Virus record (IMG/VR): IMGVR_UViG_3300027749_000042 | Length of the DNA stretch: 64,000 nucleotides | Reading direction: 5' to 3' (one strand) | From: a virus | Shown here: one piece after another, positions 35,461-45,225 of the stretch | Layout of the letters: the number at the start of each line of letters is the position of its first letter | Position numbering within the stretch: position 1 is the stretch's first letter | Program-made: the position numbers and the translations under genes | The notes under the pieces: generated by a model | What the model saw: only the letters and a program-made list of their open reading frames with translations | Database searches by the model: none | What the model was told of the DNA's origin: nothing

Positions 35461-35850
35461 ATGCCAAGAAAACCAAAAGATTTATATAAAGAAGATATAC
35501 GCGATAAACATGTTGGTCATGGAGTTGCTCGATCACCACATTGGTCAACTGTACAGCATAATCATTTAAAACTTGAACCAGCTTGTGCTGCATGTGGCGG
35601 CGGTTTGAATCTTAATGTTCACCATAAAAAACCATTTCACCTATTCCCAGAATTAGAATTAGAACCAACAAACCTAATCACGCTATGCATGGATGGCGAT
35701 AAAGATTGCCATATCAAGTTGGGTCATGGTGGCAATTTCAAAGCATATAATCCAGACGTAGAGGAACATGTGGCTATTGTAAATGCAGACTTCACACTTC
35801 TAGAAGAATATGCGAAGAAAGCAAAAAAGAATAGGTTGCTAGTCGGATGA
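35461..35850 (+). CDS. HNH endonuclease
   Basis: CAAC, VHH, NLITLC...CH. Confidence 0.85.
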   Translation: MPRKPKDLYKEDIRDKHVGHGVARSPHWSTVQHNHLKLEPACAACGGGLNLNVHHKKPFHLFPELELEPTNLITLCMDGDKDCHIKLGHGGNFKAYNPDVEEHVAIVNADFTLLEEYAKKAKKNRLLVG

Positions 35851-36494
35851 AACGCCTCGCTCTTTTTCAACACCATCCTGAATGTTCCAGGCAATGTTGT
35901 GATGGAATTGAGCGAGCATTATCTCCGCAATATGAAGTGAAGCTGTTTACGGTTCAAGATAATCTTGATGAGGTGCTAAATGATGTGGATGGAATTGTTT
36001 TCCCTGGCGGCATTGGCGACAGTGACAGTTATCACGATTTCTTTACACGTTCTAAAGCTAACAAAGTCGCAGCGTTTCTTGATAGAGGTGGTAGGTATAT
36101 CGGCATTTGCATGGGTGCTTATTGGGCTGGTTCTAGATATTTTGACATCCTTGATAAAGTAGATGCGGTTCAATATATCAAGCGGCCGACTGCTGAGATA
36201 CGCCGAAGTTATGGCACGGTCGCTGATATTGAATGGCTTGGTCAAAAAGAAAAGATGTTCTTCTATGACGGTTGTGTCTTTACAGGCACTGGAAAATATG
36301 ATACTATTGCCAAATATGCTAACGATGAACCGATGGCAATCATTCAAGGCAATCTTGGTTTGATTGGTTGCCATCCTGAGAGCGAGGAATTTTGGTATGA
36401 GAGCCCTTATCAGTATCTTGATGGATATTGGCACGATGGTAAACATCACCAGTTGCTACTAGATTTTGTGAATAGACTTTGGAGAGTTGGCTGA
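35847..36494 (+). CDS. BPL-N / class I glutamine amidotransferase-like protein; stop codon inside tRNA-Ser
   Basis: PGG, GICMGAY, HPE. Confidence 0.85.
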   Translation: MKRLALFQHHPECSRQCCDGIERALSPQYEVKLFTVQDNLDEVLNDVDGIVFPGGIGDSDSYHDFFTRSKANKVAAFLDRGGRYIGICMGAYWAGSRYFDILDKVDAVQYIKRPTAEIRRSYGTVADIEWLGQKEKMFFYDGCVFTGTGKYDTIAKYANDEPMAIIQGNLGLIGCHPESEEFWYESPYQYLDGYWHDGKHHQLLLDFVNRLWRVG

Positions 36495-36570
36495 GTGGCC
36501 TAAAGCACTCGTTTGCTAAATGAGCGAACCCTAACCGGTTCCGTGAGTTCGAATCTCACACTCTCCGCCA
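36481..36570 (+). tRNA. tRNA-Ser(GCT)
   Basis: long variable arm, CCA. Confidence 0.93.
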
Positions 36571-36586
36571 TATAAATAGACTAAAT

Positions 36587-36660
36587 ATCGGTGAAGTGTT
36601 ACGGTAGCACATCAGTCTCCAAAACTGAGGGCCTGGGTTCAACTCCTAGCACCGGTGCCA
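36587..36660 (+). tRNA. tRNA-Trp(CCA)
   Basis: cloverleaf, CCA; TATAAATA at 36571. Confidence 0.9.
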
Positions 36661-36826
36661 GAATGAACCGAGAAACTTTAGTTGGAACAAATCGACTGCG
36701 GGTGGTTCCGCTACGATCCGAAAAGTTCTCGCCTCATGGGTTCTCACTAACCAGAGAATCCTTCGTTTGAGGGAGCTGTAAAGGGGCAGCAGGCAAGCGT
36801 AGGAGATACGCACCCTTGCTTATAAC

Positions 36827-36918
36827 GGAAGTGTGGCAGAGTCTGGTTTATTGCTCTAGTCTTGAAAACTAGCGTGCCTGAAAGGGTACCGTGGGTTCGA
36901 ATCCTACCGCTTCCGCCA
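36827..36918 (+). tRNA. tRNA-Ser(TGA)
   Basis: long variable arm, CCA. Confidence 0.93.
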
Positions 36919-36976
36919 TTTCTGTTTACTATGTTGTATTGATGACAGGTTTGTTTCATGCAACATAGGAGCAAAA

Positions 36977-38722
36977 ATGAAAAGATTACTAGCAGCCGCT
37001 GCAATATTGTGTGCGGCAATTACAGCACCATATGCACAAACGCTACCATCAGGTTCGCTTGGTACGGTAACAGGCAACACAAGAAACACATGGCAACCAT
37101 TTACCTACACGTTTACTCCATCAACAACTGGAGCAAACTTTGTAGGTTTTGCCTTTCGCGAAGATCCAGCATTCTGGACATTTGACAATGTTACTTTGAC
37201 CGCTGCTGGTTCAACCACAAATCTTCTAACTAACGGAACATTCACTACAGGTGGTCGTTTTAGCGTAACAACCAACAATGGTGTTTCTAACATGCAAGCC
37301 CCAACAAACTGGGGAGTTTGGTATCAAAATGGAACATATCCTGCTGCCGCTGGCACTTGGACTGATATTGGGGGTGCTCATGGTGGCGTATGGTATGACG
37401 GCGCTGTTGGGTCGTTTGATGGCATTTACCAAGGTGTGGCTCTTACAGCTGGCACCACTTACACTATTGCTTTTGAAGTCTCTGGGAATAACACTTCTAA
37501 CGGTAGTTCTATTCAGCTTGGCGTATATGGCGGCGCTTGCTCAACTGTAAGCATCTCACCTGACCAGTGTACAATTCCATCATCTGTTGGCTTTACCACA
37601 TTAGCAACTCCATCACAAGGAGCAGCTGCAGGTAATCCAACACCACCACCTGTCACTCTTGTTAGTACAGCCAACGCACCATCAACAGCAACATCCTCAA
37701 CCGCATATGGAACATCTGTTGTTGCTTATAATGTTGCTAATGCGAGGGTAAATTCTGGTCAGTGGATTGCGATAACACGCACCACAACGCCAGTGACAAC
37801 GCGCCCATATACCATTACCACAGTGACAACACCACATGCGGTAGAAACATATAGCGATGGCACTACTGTCACAACTAACGGAACACCATTGACAACAACG
37901 CAAAATGGTGCTACTATAACAATCGGTCAACCAGTAGCGCAGACTGCATCTGTGTCTGGCGTATCTCTAAAGGATTCAATTGCGGTTCGTAATTTCAATC
38001 CATTCTTGGTCGATGCTCTATCAACTAAAGATGGTGCATGGGCTACGCCTAGCTTGGGTTATGCGAAAACAAGCGGTTCATTCCGTATCAGTGGGCTATC
38101 ATTTGGCTATCAGACAACCGTTGAGAATAACACAGCTGGTATTGCTGGCAATATATCCAAGATTGAAAACAGTGGCTTCGTCGGTTCATCTTCTAGCTCG
38201 GACGCATACGCGGGTACAGCTTACTTTCTAACAAAGCAGGAAGATGTTTGGATCAAGGGTGCAGTTGGTTATAGTGCCGCTGAATATGCCACGACAACAT
38301 CGTTGCCAGTGTTTGCACTTGTGAACAGTAGCACCGTGAAGACAAGAAACTACTACGGCGATATCACATTCTATTCCGCTAAGGAGTTTGAAGGATTCAG
38401 ACCACTTGTTGGTGTTGTGCTAAACAAGTCTGAGGTGGTATCGCAGGCCGAAGGTGGTAGTGCATTGCTATCCACATTGCCTGGTGTTGGTTCTTCATTC
38501 GAAGCAAGACCATATGTTGGTATCAGATATGACATTGATGATGTTTTCGGTATTGAAACAAGAGTGACACGTTCCAGAGATTTTGGTACTGTCGCGCAGA
38601 TACGCGCAAGCGCGAAGATTGAAATCGTAAAGGACGCATATATAGAACTAACAGCAGGAGCTGATAAAGGTTCTAATTACACCGGCGCAGTTGGTATGAT
38701 TGGATTGAAAATCAACTTCTAA
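36977..38722 (+). CDS. autotransporter-like outer-membrane protein
   Basis: signal peptide, beta-rich passenger, T/P-rich linker, amphipathic barrel ending in F. Confidence 0.75.
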   Translation: MKRLLAAAAILCAAITAPYAQTLPSGSLGTVTGNTRNTWQPFTYTFTPSTTGANFVGFAFREDPAFWTFDNVTLTAAGSTTNLLTNGTFTTGGRFSVTTNNGVSNMQAPTNWGVWYQNGTYPAAAGTWTDIGGAHGGVWYDGAVGSFDGIYQGVALTAGTTYTIAFEVSGNNTSNGSSIQLGVYGGACSTVSISPDQCTIPSSVGFTTLATPSQGAAAGNPTPPPVTLVSTANAPSTATSSTAYGTSVVAYNVANARVNSGQWIAITRTTTPVTTRPYTITTVTTPHAVETYSDGTTVTTNGTPLTTTQNGATITIGQPVAQTASVSGVSLKDSIAVRNFNPFLVDALSTKDGAWATPSLGYAKTSGSFRISGLSFGYQTTVENNTAGIAGNISKIENSGFVGSSSSSDAYAGTAYFLTKQEDVWIKGAVGYSAAEYATTTSLPVFALVNSSTVKTRNYYGDITFYSAKEFEGFRPLVGVVLNKSEVVSQAEGGSALLSTLPGVGSSFEARPYVGIRYDIDDVFGIETRVTRSRDFGTVAQIRASAKIEIVKDAYIELTAGADKGSNYTGAVGMIGLKINF

Positions 38723-38729
38723 AATATGA

Positions 38730-38804
38730 TGGGAATTAGTTAAATTGGTATAACGGGGGATTCTGACTCCCTTATTCGAGGTTCGAGTCCTTGATTCCCA
38801 GCCA
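38730..38804 (+). tRNA. tRNA-Gln(CTG)
   Basis: U1-A72, cloverleaf, CCA. Confidence 0.92.
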
Positions 38805-38808
38805 ATAT

Positions 38809-38883
38809 GGAGCCATAGCAAAACGGCAATGCGCGGGACTGCAAATCCTTGAGGTCCCAGTTCGAATCTGGGTGGCTCCTCCA
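38809..38883 (+). tRNA. tRNA-Cys(GCA)
   Basis: U73, cloverleaf, CCA. Confidence 0.9.
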
Positions 38884-38899
38884 AATATAGGATTATGTT

Positions 38900-39061
38900 A
38901 TGGCTCATAAAGCAAGACGGCGACCATCGTGGAAGAAACGTAAGTCAAAGTATTTTGAAAAGCTTAAAATTGAATTGGCAAAAGCTTTGCGAGATGAAAT
39001 ACAAAAAGAAATCAACAGAGAGATTTTAAGAGAGATTTCAGATGCAAACAGTACATGGTGA
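38900..39061 (+). CDS. small basic protein (53 aa)
   Basis: AGGA RBS; ...LRDEIQKEINREIL; read manually. Confidence 0.55.
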   Translation: MAHKARRRPSWKKRKSKYFEKLKIELAKALRDEIQKEINREILREISDANSTW

Positions 39062-39160
39062 TTTTGTTTATATGCTTTGTGGTTGGATGTATGTTTACAT
39101 GAAGCGTGTTGGTGAAGCGTATCACTATTACATTTCACATAGAAAGCTTCATTAAGTTAA

Positions 39161-39235
39161 GCGGGTATAGCTCAGTGGTAGAGCACTTCGTTGCCAACGA
39201 AGATGTCGTCGGTTCGACCCCGATTGCCCGCTCCA
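39161..39235 (+). tRNA. tRNA-Gly(GCC)
   Basis: cloverleaf, CCA. Confidence 0.93.
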
Positions 39236-39236
39236 A

Positions 39237-40421
39237 TCAATATAGCTTGTAACCATAAACGTCTTCGAATTTTTCATTTCGAATGGTGTCAAGTGTCTTC
39301 GTGAATGAGATGAAAAGGTCTTCTCTTTCAGGTTTCGTTTCAAGCATATGAGCCTTGATAGCAAGAAGCTCCTTCTTGAGAACATCAAAATTTGACGGGT
39401 GTAGAATTTCTATCGACTTATCAATCTCATTCATAACTCTTGCGCGAAGATCATTGTTTAGGTGTACCCAGTGAAGAGCATACGGTAGAGTTACCGAATA
39501 GCATCTTGTCTGCAAGATTGGGTTGATATCATAAATCTTCATCAAAAACTCAGCTAGATTTGCAAAGTCTAAAAGATTATACGGGCTGATAGCAATATTA
39601 TAATGCAAATTCCATAATGGAAGCTTTGAAAATTTTATGAAGTTTTCTTCAACCACATCCCATTTCGTACCTTTTCTATTGTACTCAGCAGCTTTCCCAA
39701 CACCGTCGATGCTCATTACGATTCTAGCTTTTTCAAATTGCATTAACCTATCTATGAAAAGTGGATTCCACACACTGCAATTGGTAAACATTTCCAATAC
39801 CACTTTTTTATGATATCCATTTTCAATCATGTGATCCATAAAATCATAGTACTGCTTTATCAGCAATGGTTCTCCACCTGTAAAACATACAGTTTTGACA
39901 TTATCTAATGACAGCTTTTTTAGTTCGTCGAAATTGCTTTCGGACGTGTTTGTGAAATCTCTGAATTTAAATTGTGTGTAGTTTAAAAGGACTGGGTATT
40001 CTTCTACTTCTTTTTGCCATTCAGAACTTGAATCTGCATTACACATTCTGCATTTAAAATTGCAAAGATTGCTCGCTCGCAATTCGATACGAACGATTTC
40101 TGTAGGATCTTCTGCGTTAAAATCTGATGATTGTCTATCTTCTCCTAGTCCATAACCATAGTTCCCAACACCCATCATTCTAATTTCACTTTGTCTTGAA
40201 CTTTTAAGCCCACGCTGTTCTTTTTTCCAACAGACTTCGCAGTTCTTCGGAACTTTTCCTTCTTTCAATTCGCTTTTGATGTTTGCAAGCCAATCGCTTT
40301 GCAAATAATCAATCGGTGACATTGTTTGTTTTTCCAAACTTACATGACACGGCGACGCAGTATTTTCATGGTAGTACAATCCTGTCCAGGGAGCGGGGCA
40401 AAAAAAATCATCGCTTGACAT
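39237..40421 (-). CDS. radical SAM protein (twitch-type); only clear minus-strand gene
   Basis: FCPAPW, CEVC, CNFKCRMC, TGGEP; GGAG upstream of ATG. Confidence 0.88.
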   Translation of the reverse strand: MSSDDFFCPAPWTGLYYHENTASPCHVSLEKQTMSPIDYLQSDWLANIKSELKEGKVPKNCEVCWKKEQRGLKSSRQSEIRMMGVGNYGYGLGEDRQSSDFNAEDPTEIVRIELRASNLCNFKCRMCNADSSSEWQKEVEEYPVLLNYTQFKFRDFTNTSESNFDELKKLSLDNVKTVCFTGGEPLLIKQYYDFMDHMIENGYHKKVVLEMFTNCSVWNPLFIDRLMQFEKARIVMSIDGVGKAAEYNRKGTKWDVVEENFIKFSKLPLWNLHYNIAISPYNLLDFANLAEFLMKIYDINPILQTRCYSVTLPYALHWVHLNNDLRARVMNEIDKSIEILHPSNFDVLKKELLAIKAHMLETKPEREDLFISFTKTLDTIRNEKFEDVYGYKLY

Positions 40422-40443
40422 AAATAATCTCCGAGTGTATAAT
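40415..40443 (+). promoter_or_regulatory. consensus sigma70 promoter for tRNA-Leu
   Basis: TTGACA-17-TATAAT. Confidence 0.8.
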
Positions 40444-40465
40444 CCTATTCTATATAGTGAGTAAT

Positions 40466-40541
40466 GCCCATGTAGGCCAATGGCAGAGTCAGGGGACTTA
40501 AAATCTCCACAGTGTCGGTTCGAGTCCGACCATGGGCACCA
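40466..40541 (+). tRNA. tRNA-Leu(TAA), short variable loop
   Basis: cloverleaf, CCA. Confidence 0.92.
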
Positions 40542-40554
40542 ACTAAATACCAGC

Positions 40555-41031
40555 ATGAGAAAACCAATGAACATTAATGAAGTCCGTGAATTTATCAGCA
40601 ACACCTCAGCAACTACAAAAATCTATATCGGTGCAGATTCGAAACGCTACTGTCGCAAAGACGGTAAGTGGATTGCCGACTACACGGTAGCGGTTGTTGT
40701 TCACTATGATGGCAACAAGGGCTGTAAGGTATTCGGTGATGTGACATCGGAGTTTGATTACGATAAGCGCCATGATCGGCCATCATTCCGTTTGATGAAT
40801 GAAGTCTATCGTGCAGCGAACATGTACCTAGAACTGTATGAAGCAATCGGCGACAGGCATGTGGAAGTCCACCTCGATATCAATCCCGATGAAATGCATG
40901 GATCAAGCTGCGTTATTCAGCAAGCGACTGGATACATTCGTGGGCTTTGTGGGTTCACACCAAAGGTAAAGCCAGAAGCATTTGCTGCATCATACGCAGC
41001 CGATAGATTGAAGGAGATTCTTGCCACATGA
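40555..41031 (+). CDS. RNase H-like YkuK (DUF458) family protein
   Basis: IGADS, RL..EV, VHLDIN, KPEAFAAS.AAD. Confidence 0.8.
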   Translation: MRKPMNINEVREFISNTSATTKIYIGADSKRYCRKDGKWIADYTVAVVVHYDGNKGCKVFGDVTSEFDYDKRHDRPSFRLMNEVYRAANMYLELYEAIGDRHVEVHLDINPDEMHGSSCVIQQATGYIRGLCGFTPKVKPEAFAASYAADRLKEILAT

Positions 41032-41621
41032 GTGTTACAATTGATGATTTTGTTTTGGAATATAATAACTTCCTGACACCTGAAGAATGTATGGGATACA
41101 TTGATTGTTATCATCGGTATGAATCAATGGGGCTCACAATTAATCGCCAAGCCTCTGGTGAACCGTCGATTAGAAAAGCTGATGACCAGATGTTTGTCAC
41201 TTCGCTTTTAGCCACAAATGAATTGAATATCTCTGACCTAGAACCGTTTCACTATTTTGTGAAAAAGTTTTGGGATCAAGCGTATCCGATTTATCGCCAG
41301 AAATATGGTGTGTTGACAGATATAAGTCAACACACCGTTCGCCTCTTGAAAATTCAGAAGACGCATAAGAGCGAAGGCTATCATGTTTGGCACTGCGAAG
41401 ATGGTGACCCAAATGCAATGCGTAGATTAATGACATTCATTCTTTACCTGAACAATATTCCTGATGGTGGTGAGACCGAGTTCCTCTATTACTCGAAACG
41501 ATATAAGGCTGAGGCTGGTAAGCTCATTCTATGGCCAGCAGGATATACTCACACGCATCGTGGTAACCCACCACTCAGCAATACCAAATATATACTAACT
41601 GGATGGGTTGAACTGTCCTAA
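41028..41621 (+). CDS. 2OG-Fe(II) oxygenase (prolyl 4-hydroxylase-like)
   Basis: WHCE, LYLN, GGETEF, THTHRG, KYI.TGW. Confidence 0.88.
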   Translation: MSVTIDDFVLEYNNFLTPEECMGYIDCYHRYESMGLTINRQASGEPSIRKADDQMFVTSLLATNELNISDLEPFHYFVKKFWDQAYPIYRQKYGVLTDISQHTVRLLKIQKTHKSEGYHVWHCEDGDPNAMRRLMTFILYLNNIPDGGETEFLYYSKRYKAEAGKLILWPAGYTHTHRGNPPLSNTKYILTGWVELS

Positions 41622-41632
41622 CAGATTGCGCT

Positions 41633-41709
41633 GGACGGATAGCATAAATGGAAAATGCCGGTCGCTCATAACGGCCCAGATGTCGGATCATACCCGGCTC
41701 CGTCTACCA
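41633..41709 (+). tRNA. tRNA(CAT), probably Ile2 (lysidine type); atypical T-loop
   Basis: four stems pair, ct CAT aa loop, ACCA. Confidence 0.75.
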
Positions 41710-41731
41710 CTTATCATTGAAGGAACATCAT

Positions 41732-42352
41732 ATGTCGGACGATGAAGTTTATAGAAGACCTAGTGAAATTCCTTATAAAAATTTAAATTATCCCGTCGAT
41801 AAGATCAAGACGATATCGCAAAAATTAAATTTATTTGTCGAACAACATACTGATATTTTGCAGAACCCTATTCGCAAAACACTCATATATTCAATAGTGC
41901 CAGACTTTGATCTTGTAAATCAGGAAGTTCCGGAACTAAAAAAATTGTGTGATTGGGTAGGAGCTAAACCTATTCGATATATGATCTTGCAAATCAAACC
42001 AAAACCAGCATGGCATCCAGGACTTGATCCGTATCATATAGATCCAACACCAACGAGAGTTAATCTCTTGTTACCAGTTAGGAATTGCGAAGGGTCTATT
42101 ACCAGATTCGTAGATGTTCCTCCTCGTTTTTTCAAAAAAGTTTGGTTAGAAGATCGACAAAAATATCAATACGATAATTTGTATAAAGGGCTTTATCGAG
42201 AATTTAAAATTGCTGGCGAATTCGAATTAAATAATGCATATCTATTTAATGCAGGATACCCACATGGCGTATTTTGTAACCCAGACATAATAGAGCCTCG
42301 AATTTCATTTAATGTTAATTTTGATGATGATGTATCGCATTTGCTAAATTGA
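41732..42352 (+). CDS. hypothetical protein, possible cupin/2OG oxygenase
   Basis: HID...PHGV...RI. Confidence 0.55.
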   Translation: MSDDEVYRRPSEIPYKNLNYPVDKIKTISQKLNLFVEQHTDILQNPIRKTLIYSIVPDFDLVNQEVPELKKLCDWVGAKPIRYMILQIKPKPAWHPGLDPYHIDPTPTRVNLLLPVRNCEGSITRFVDVPPRFFKKVWLEDRQKYQYDNLYKGLYREFKIAGEFELNNAYLFNAGYPHGVFCNPDIIEPRISFNVNFDDDVSHLLN

Positions 42353-42365
42353 TGATGGAGATATA

Positions 42366-43073
42366 ATGGCAGAGTTTCATATTCGAGGTGGATTAGGTAC
42401 GCAGATTTTATCCGTGTATGCAGCCTATGCGCTTGCTATCGAACGTACCACAACCGTATCTGATATCAAGTTCAACACAGGAAACTATCCACGCAATGAC
42501 CACGACCTGGATAGGATCTACATTGACGATCTTCTCGAATTTGAATCTCGACCAAACATATCTTCCATCAATGGTACCAACAAAACTCTGCCATTCAAAG
42601 AGCCACAATTCTCTTTGCTTCTAAAGCATTGGGATGAAGTGAAGACCAAAGTTTGGTTAAAGCCTACCATCAAAAATCAAACCAACGAAACGATTGTTCA
42701 TATTAGGCAAACAGATAGACCATTGGTTGCTATCGAAAAGTTTGACACCTTGATTGATTCGTTATCGTTGGCTTCTCATTATCCATATGAGAACTACCAG
42801 CCAATCATCATAAGCGAAGATGAGTCCGTCATTCAGCGATACAAGCTTCAACCTGTATCGGATGCATTGGCGGACTGGAAGCGTATTCTAAATGCCAAAA
42901 CTGTATATGGCGCTTATTCTACCTTCACATTATTGGCAGCTGCGTTGAATCCAGATCAGAAATTATTTTTCTTCTCACAAGAGAAATGCGACGATCCGAG
43001 CTTGATTTTACAGGACGATTGGTGTAAGATTAGACAATTGGTTGAGTTGTTTGGCAATGTTGAATGGATGTGA
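42366..43073 (+). CDS. GT11-like fucosyl/colitosyl transferase
   Basis: GGLGTQ, VHIRQTD, SED, STF. Confidence 0.65.
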   Translation: MAEFHIRGGLGTQILSVYAAYALAIERTTTVSDIKFNTGNYPRNDHDLDRIYIDDLLEFESRPNISSINGTNKTLPFKEPQFSLLLKHWDEVKTKVWLKPTIKNQTNETIVHIRQTDRPLVAIEKFDTLIDSLSLASHYPYENYQPIIISEDESVIQRYKLQPVSDALADWKRILNAKTVYGAYSTFTLLAAALNPDQKLFFFSQEKCDDPSLILQDDWCKIRQLVELFGNVEWM

Positions 43074-43075
43074 AT

Positions 43076-44077
43076 ATGAAAACAGCACTGATTACTGGCA
43101 TAACCGGACAAGATGGATCTTATCTCGCGGAACTTCTTCTTGAGAAGGGCTATCGAGTCCATGGAATCATTCGTAGGTCGTCGTCGTTCAATACCGGGCG
43201 AATTGACCACCTCTTTGATAAGATACATCTGCACTATGGAGATATGACAGACGGCTCTAATCTTCTCAATCTAATCAGCACAATCCAGCCAGATGAAATC
43301 TACAATCTGGCTGCACAGTCGCATGTGAAGGTAAGCTTTGAAACTCCCGAATATACCATTCAAGCTGATGGTGTCGGTATGCTTAAAATTCTCGAGGCAG
43401 TTCGATCACTAGATTTGGACACCCGCATTTACCAAGCATGTACCTCTGAGATGTTTGGTTCATCTCCTTCTCCACAAAATGAAGACACACCATTCCATCC
43501 GTGCAGCCCGTACGGTAGCGCGAAGCTGTATTCATATTGGATCGGTAGAAACTATCGTGATTCTTATGGCATGTATGTTGCGAATGGTATTCTATTCAAT
43601 CACGAAAGCCCGAGACGTGGTGAGACCTTCGTCACGCGCAAGGTCACGAAGGCTGTAGCTCGTATTTCAAAGGGATTGCAGGATCATATTTTGATTGGCA
43701 ATCTTGATGCTGAGCGCGATTGGGGGCACGCTAAGGATTATGTGCTTGCAATGTGGATGATGCTTCAGCGGTCAGTCCCAGCAGATTTTGTCATTGCTAC
43801 AGGCAAAGCATATACCGTTAGGCATATGATCGAATGTGCGTTCGCGTATGTGAATATGACCATTCGTTGGGAAGGCAAAGGAATTAAAGAAGTTGGTTAT
43901 GATGATAATGGAATCGCTCGCGTTCGGATTGATAGTAAGTATTATCGCCCGAACGAGGTTGATTCCTTGCGTGGTGATGCAGCACTAGCAAATGCAATTC
44001 TAGGTTGGAAACCAGAGGTTACCTTTACCGAGCTTATACACGAAATGGTCCAAAGTGATCTGGAGGATTTGAAATGA
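43076..44077 (+). CDS. gmd: GDP-mannose 4,6-dehydratase
   Basis: [38 protein letters not shown]. Confidence 0.97.
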   Translation: MKTALITGITGQDGSYLAELLLEKGYRVHGIIRRSSSFNTGRIDHLFDKIHLHYGDMTDGSNLLNLISTIQPDEIYNLAAQSHVKVSFETPEYTIQADGVGMLKILEAVRSLDLDTRIYQACTSEMFGSSPSPQNEDTPFHPCSPYGSAKLYSYWIGRNYRDSYGMYVANGILFNHESPRRGETFVTRKVTKAVARISKGLQDHILIGNLDAERDWGHAKDYVLAMWMMLQRSVPADFVIATGKAYTVRHMIECAFAYVNMTIRWEGKGIKEVGYDDNGIARVRIDSKYYRPNEVDSLRGDAALANAILGWKPEVTFTELIHEMVQSDLEDLK

Positions 44078-45225
44078 ATTACCCACTAGCAACTGATACA
44101 TGGAACTGGAGAGAAAAGTTTGCCATTCTGCGCGTGATGCGAAGCGGGCGATATACGATGGGACCAGAGGTCGCAAAGTTTGAAAATGAATTTGCGAAGA
44201 AGATGGAAGTTCGTAATGCTGTTATGACAAACAGTGGTAGTTCAGCTAATCTCGTTGGCCTTGCTGCGCTTGTTTATCTAAAAGAGATTCCAGCTGGTAG
44301 TGAAGTGATTGTGCCGGCGGTTAGTTGGTCGACCACTTATTTCCCTATTACGCAACTCGGACTTGTGCCTGTGTTTGTTGATGTTGGTATCAACTCATTC
44401 AATCTCACATTAGAAACTGTGAGAGGTGCGATTACCAAAAAGACTTGTGCGGTGTTCGCTGTCAATCTTCTCGGGCTACCATGCCAGTTGACAGAGCTTC
44501 GGCAACTGTGTGATGCTAATGACATTTATCTCATGGAAGATAATTGCGAAAGCCTTGGTGCATTGTATGATGTAAAGCAAGCTGGCACATTCGGTGAGTT
44601 CGGTACCTTCTCTTTCTTTTTCTCACACCATCTTCAGACAATGGAAGGTGGTATGATTGTGACAGATGATGATGAACTGGCAGATTACATGCGATCCATT
44701 CGCGCACACGGATGGGTGCGTGATGTTCGTACCGATCATCTTTACGCTAAGGGTTCTGTTGACCCATTCAATGAGAGTTTCCACTTTGTGCTTCCCGGCT
44801 ATTGCGTTCGCCCATTAGAAATGAGTGGTGCTATTGGATCTGTCCAGCTCACTAAGATGGATCGAATGATTGACGCTCGCAGAAAGAATGCTGAGACGTT
44901 CACTAAGCTTTTCGGTGATGACTTTCATATTCAGACTGAGAATCGAAGAATGAAGTCGAGTTGGTTTGGCTTCGGTGTCGTTCTCAAGGAAGATAGAACA
45001 GTTACGCGGGAAGCTCTTCTCACCGACTTCAAAAGGGCAAAGATTGAAGTTCGACCAATCGTTGCTGGTAATTTTGTCAATCAACCCGTTCTCGCGTACA
45101 TGAAGCATCGCGTCGTTGGACCGCTAACGAATGCACAACTGTTGGATAAGAATGGGTTCTTCTTCGGTAATGATTGGCGCCCATTGAAGAAAAAGATTAT
45201 AGCAACAAGGAAACTAATCGGATGA
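44074..45225 (+). CDS. colD: GDP-4-keto-6-deoxymannose 3-dehydratase (DegT family with His in place of the catalytic Lys)
   Basis: [28 protein letters not shown]. Confidence 0.85.
   Translation: MNYPLATDTWNWREKFAILRVMRSGRYTMGPEVAKFENEFAKKMEVRNAVMTNSGSSANLVGLAALVYLKEIPAGSEVIVPAVSWSTTYFPITQLGLVPVFVDVGINSFNLTLETVRGAITKKTCAVFAVNLLGLPCQLTELRQLCDANDIYLMEDNCESLGALYDVKQAGTFGEFGTFSFFFSHHLQTMEGGMIVTDDDELADYMRSIRAHGWVRDVRTDHLYAKGSVDPFNESFHFVLPGYCVRPLEMSGAIGSVQLTKMDRMIDARRKNAETFTKLFGDDFHIQTENRRMKSSWFGFGVVLKEDRTVTREALLTDFKRAKIEVRPIVAGNFVNQPVLAYMKHRVVGPLTNAQLLDKNGFFFGNDWRPLKKKIIATRKLIG

Noticed and set aside
31260-36830. tmRNA, RNase P, SRP, 6S or hammerhead identity for the structured spacers
   Set aside because: Their diagnostic conserved motifs could not be found by eye; a covariance search is needed
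40422-40604. N-terminal extensions of the radical SAM (minus) and YkuK (plus) ORFs
   Set aside because: They translate tRNA-Leu and promoter sequence; downstream ATGs fit the family N-termini
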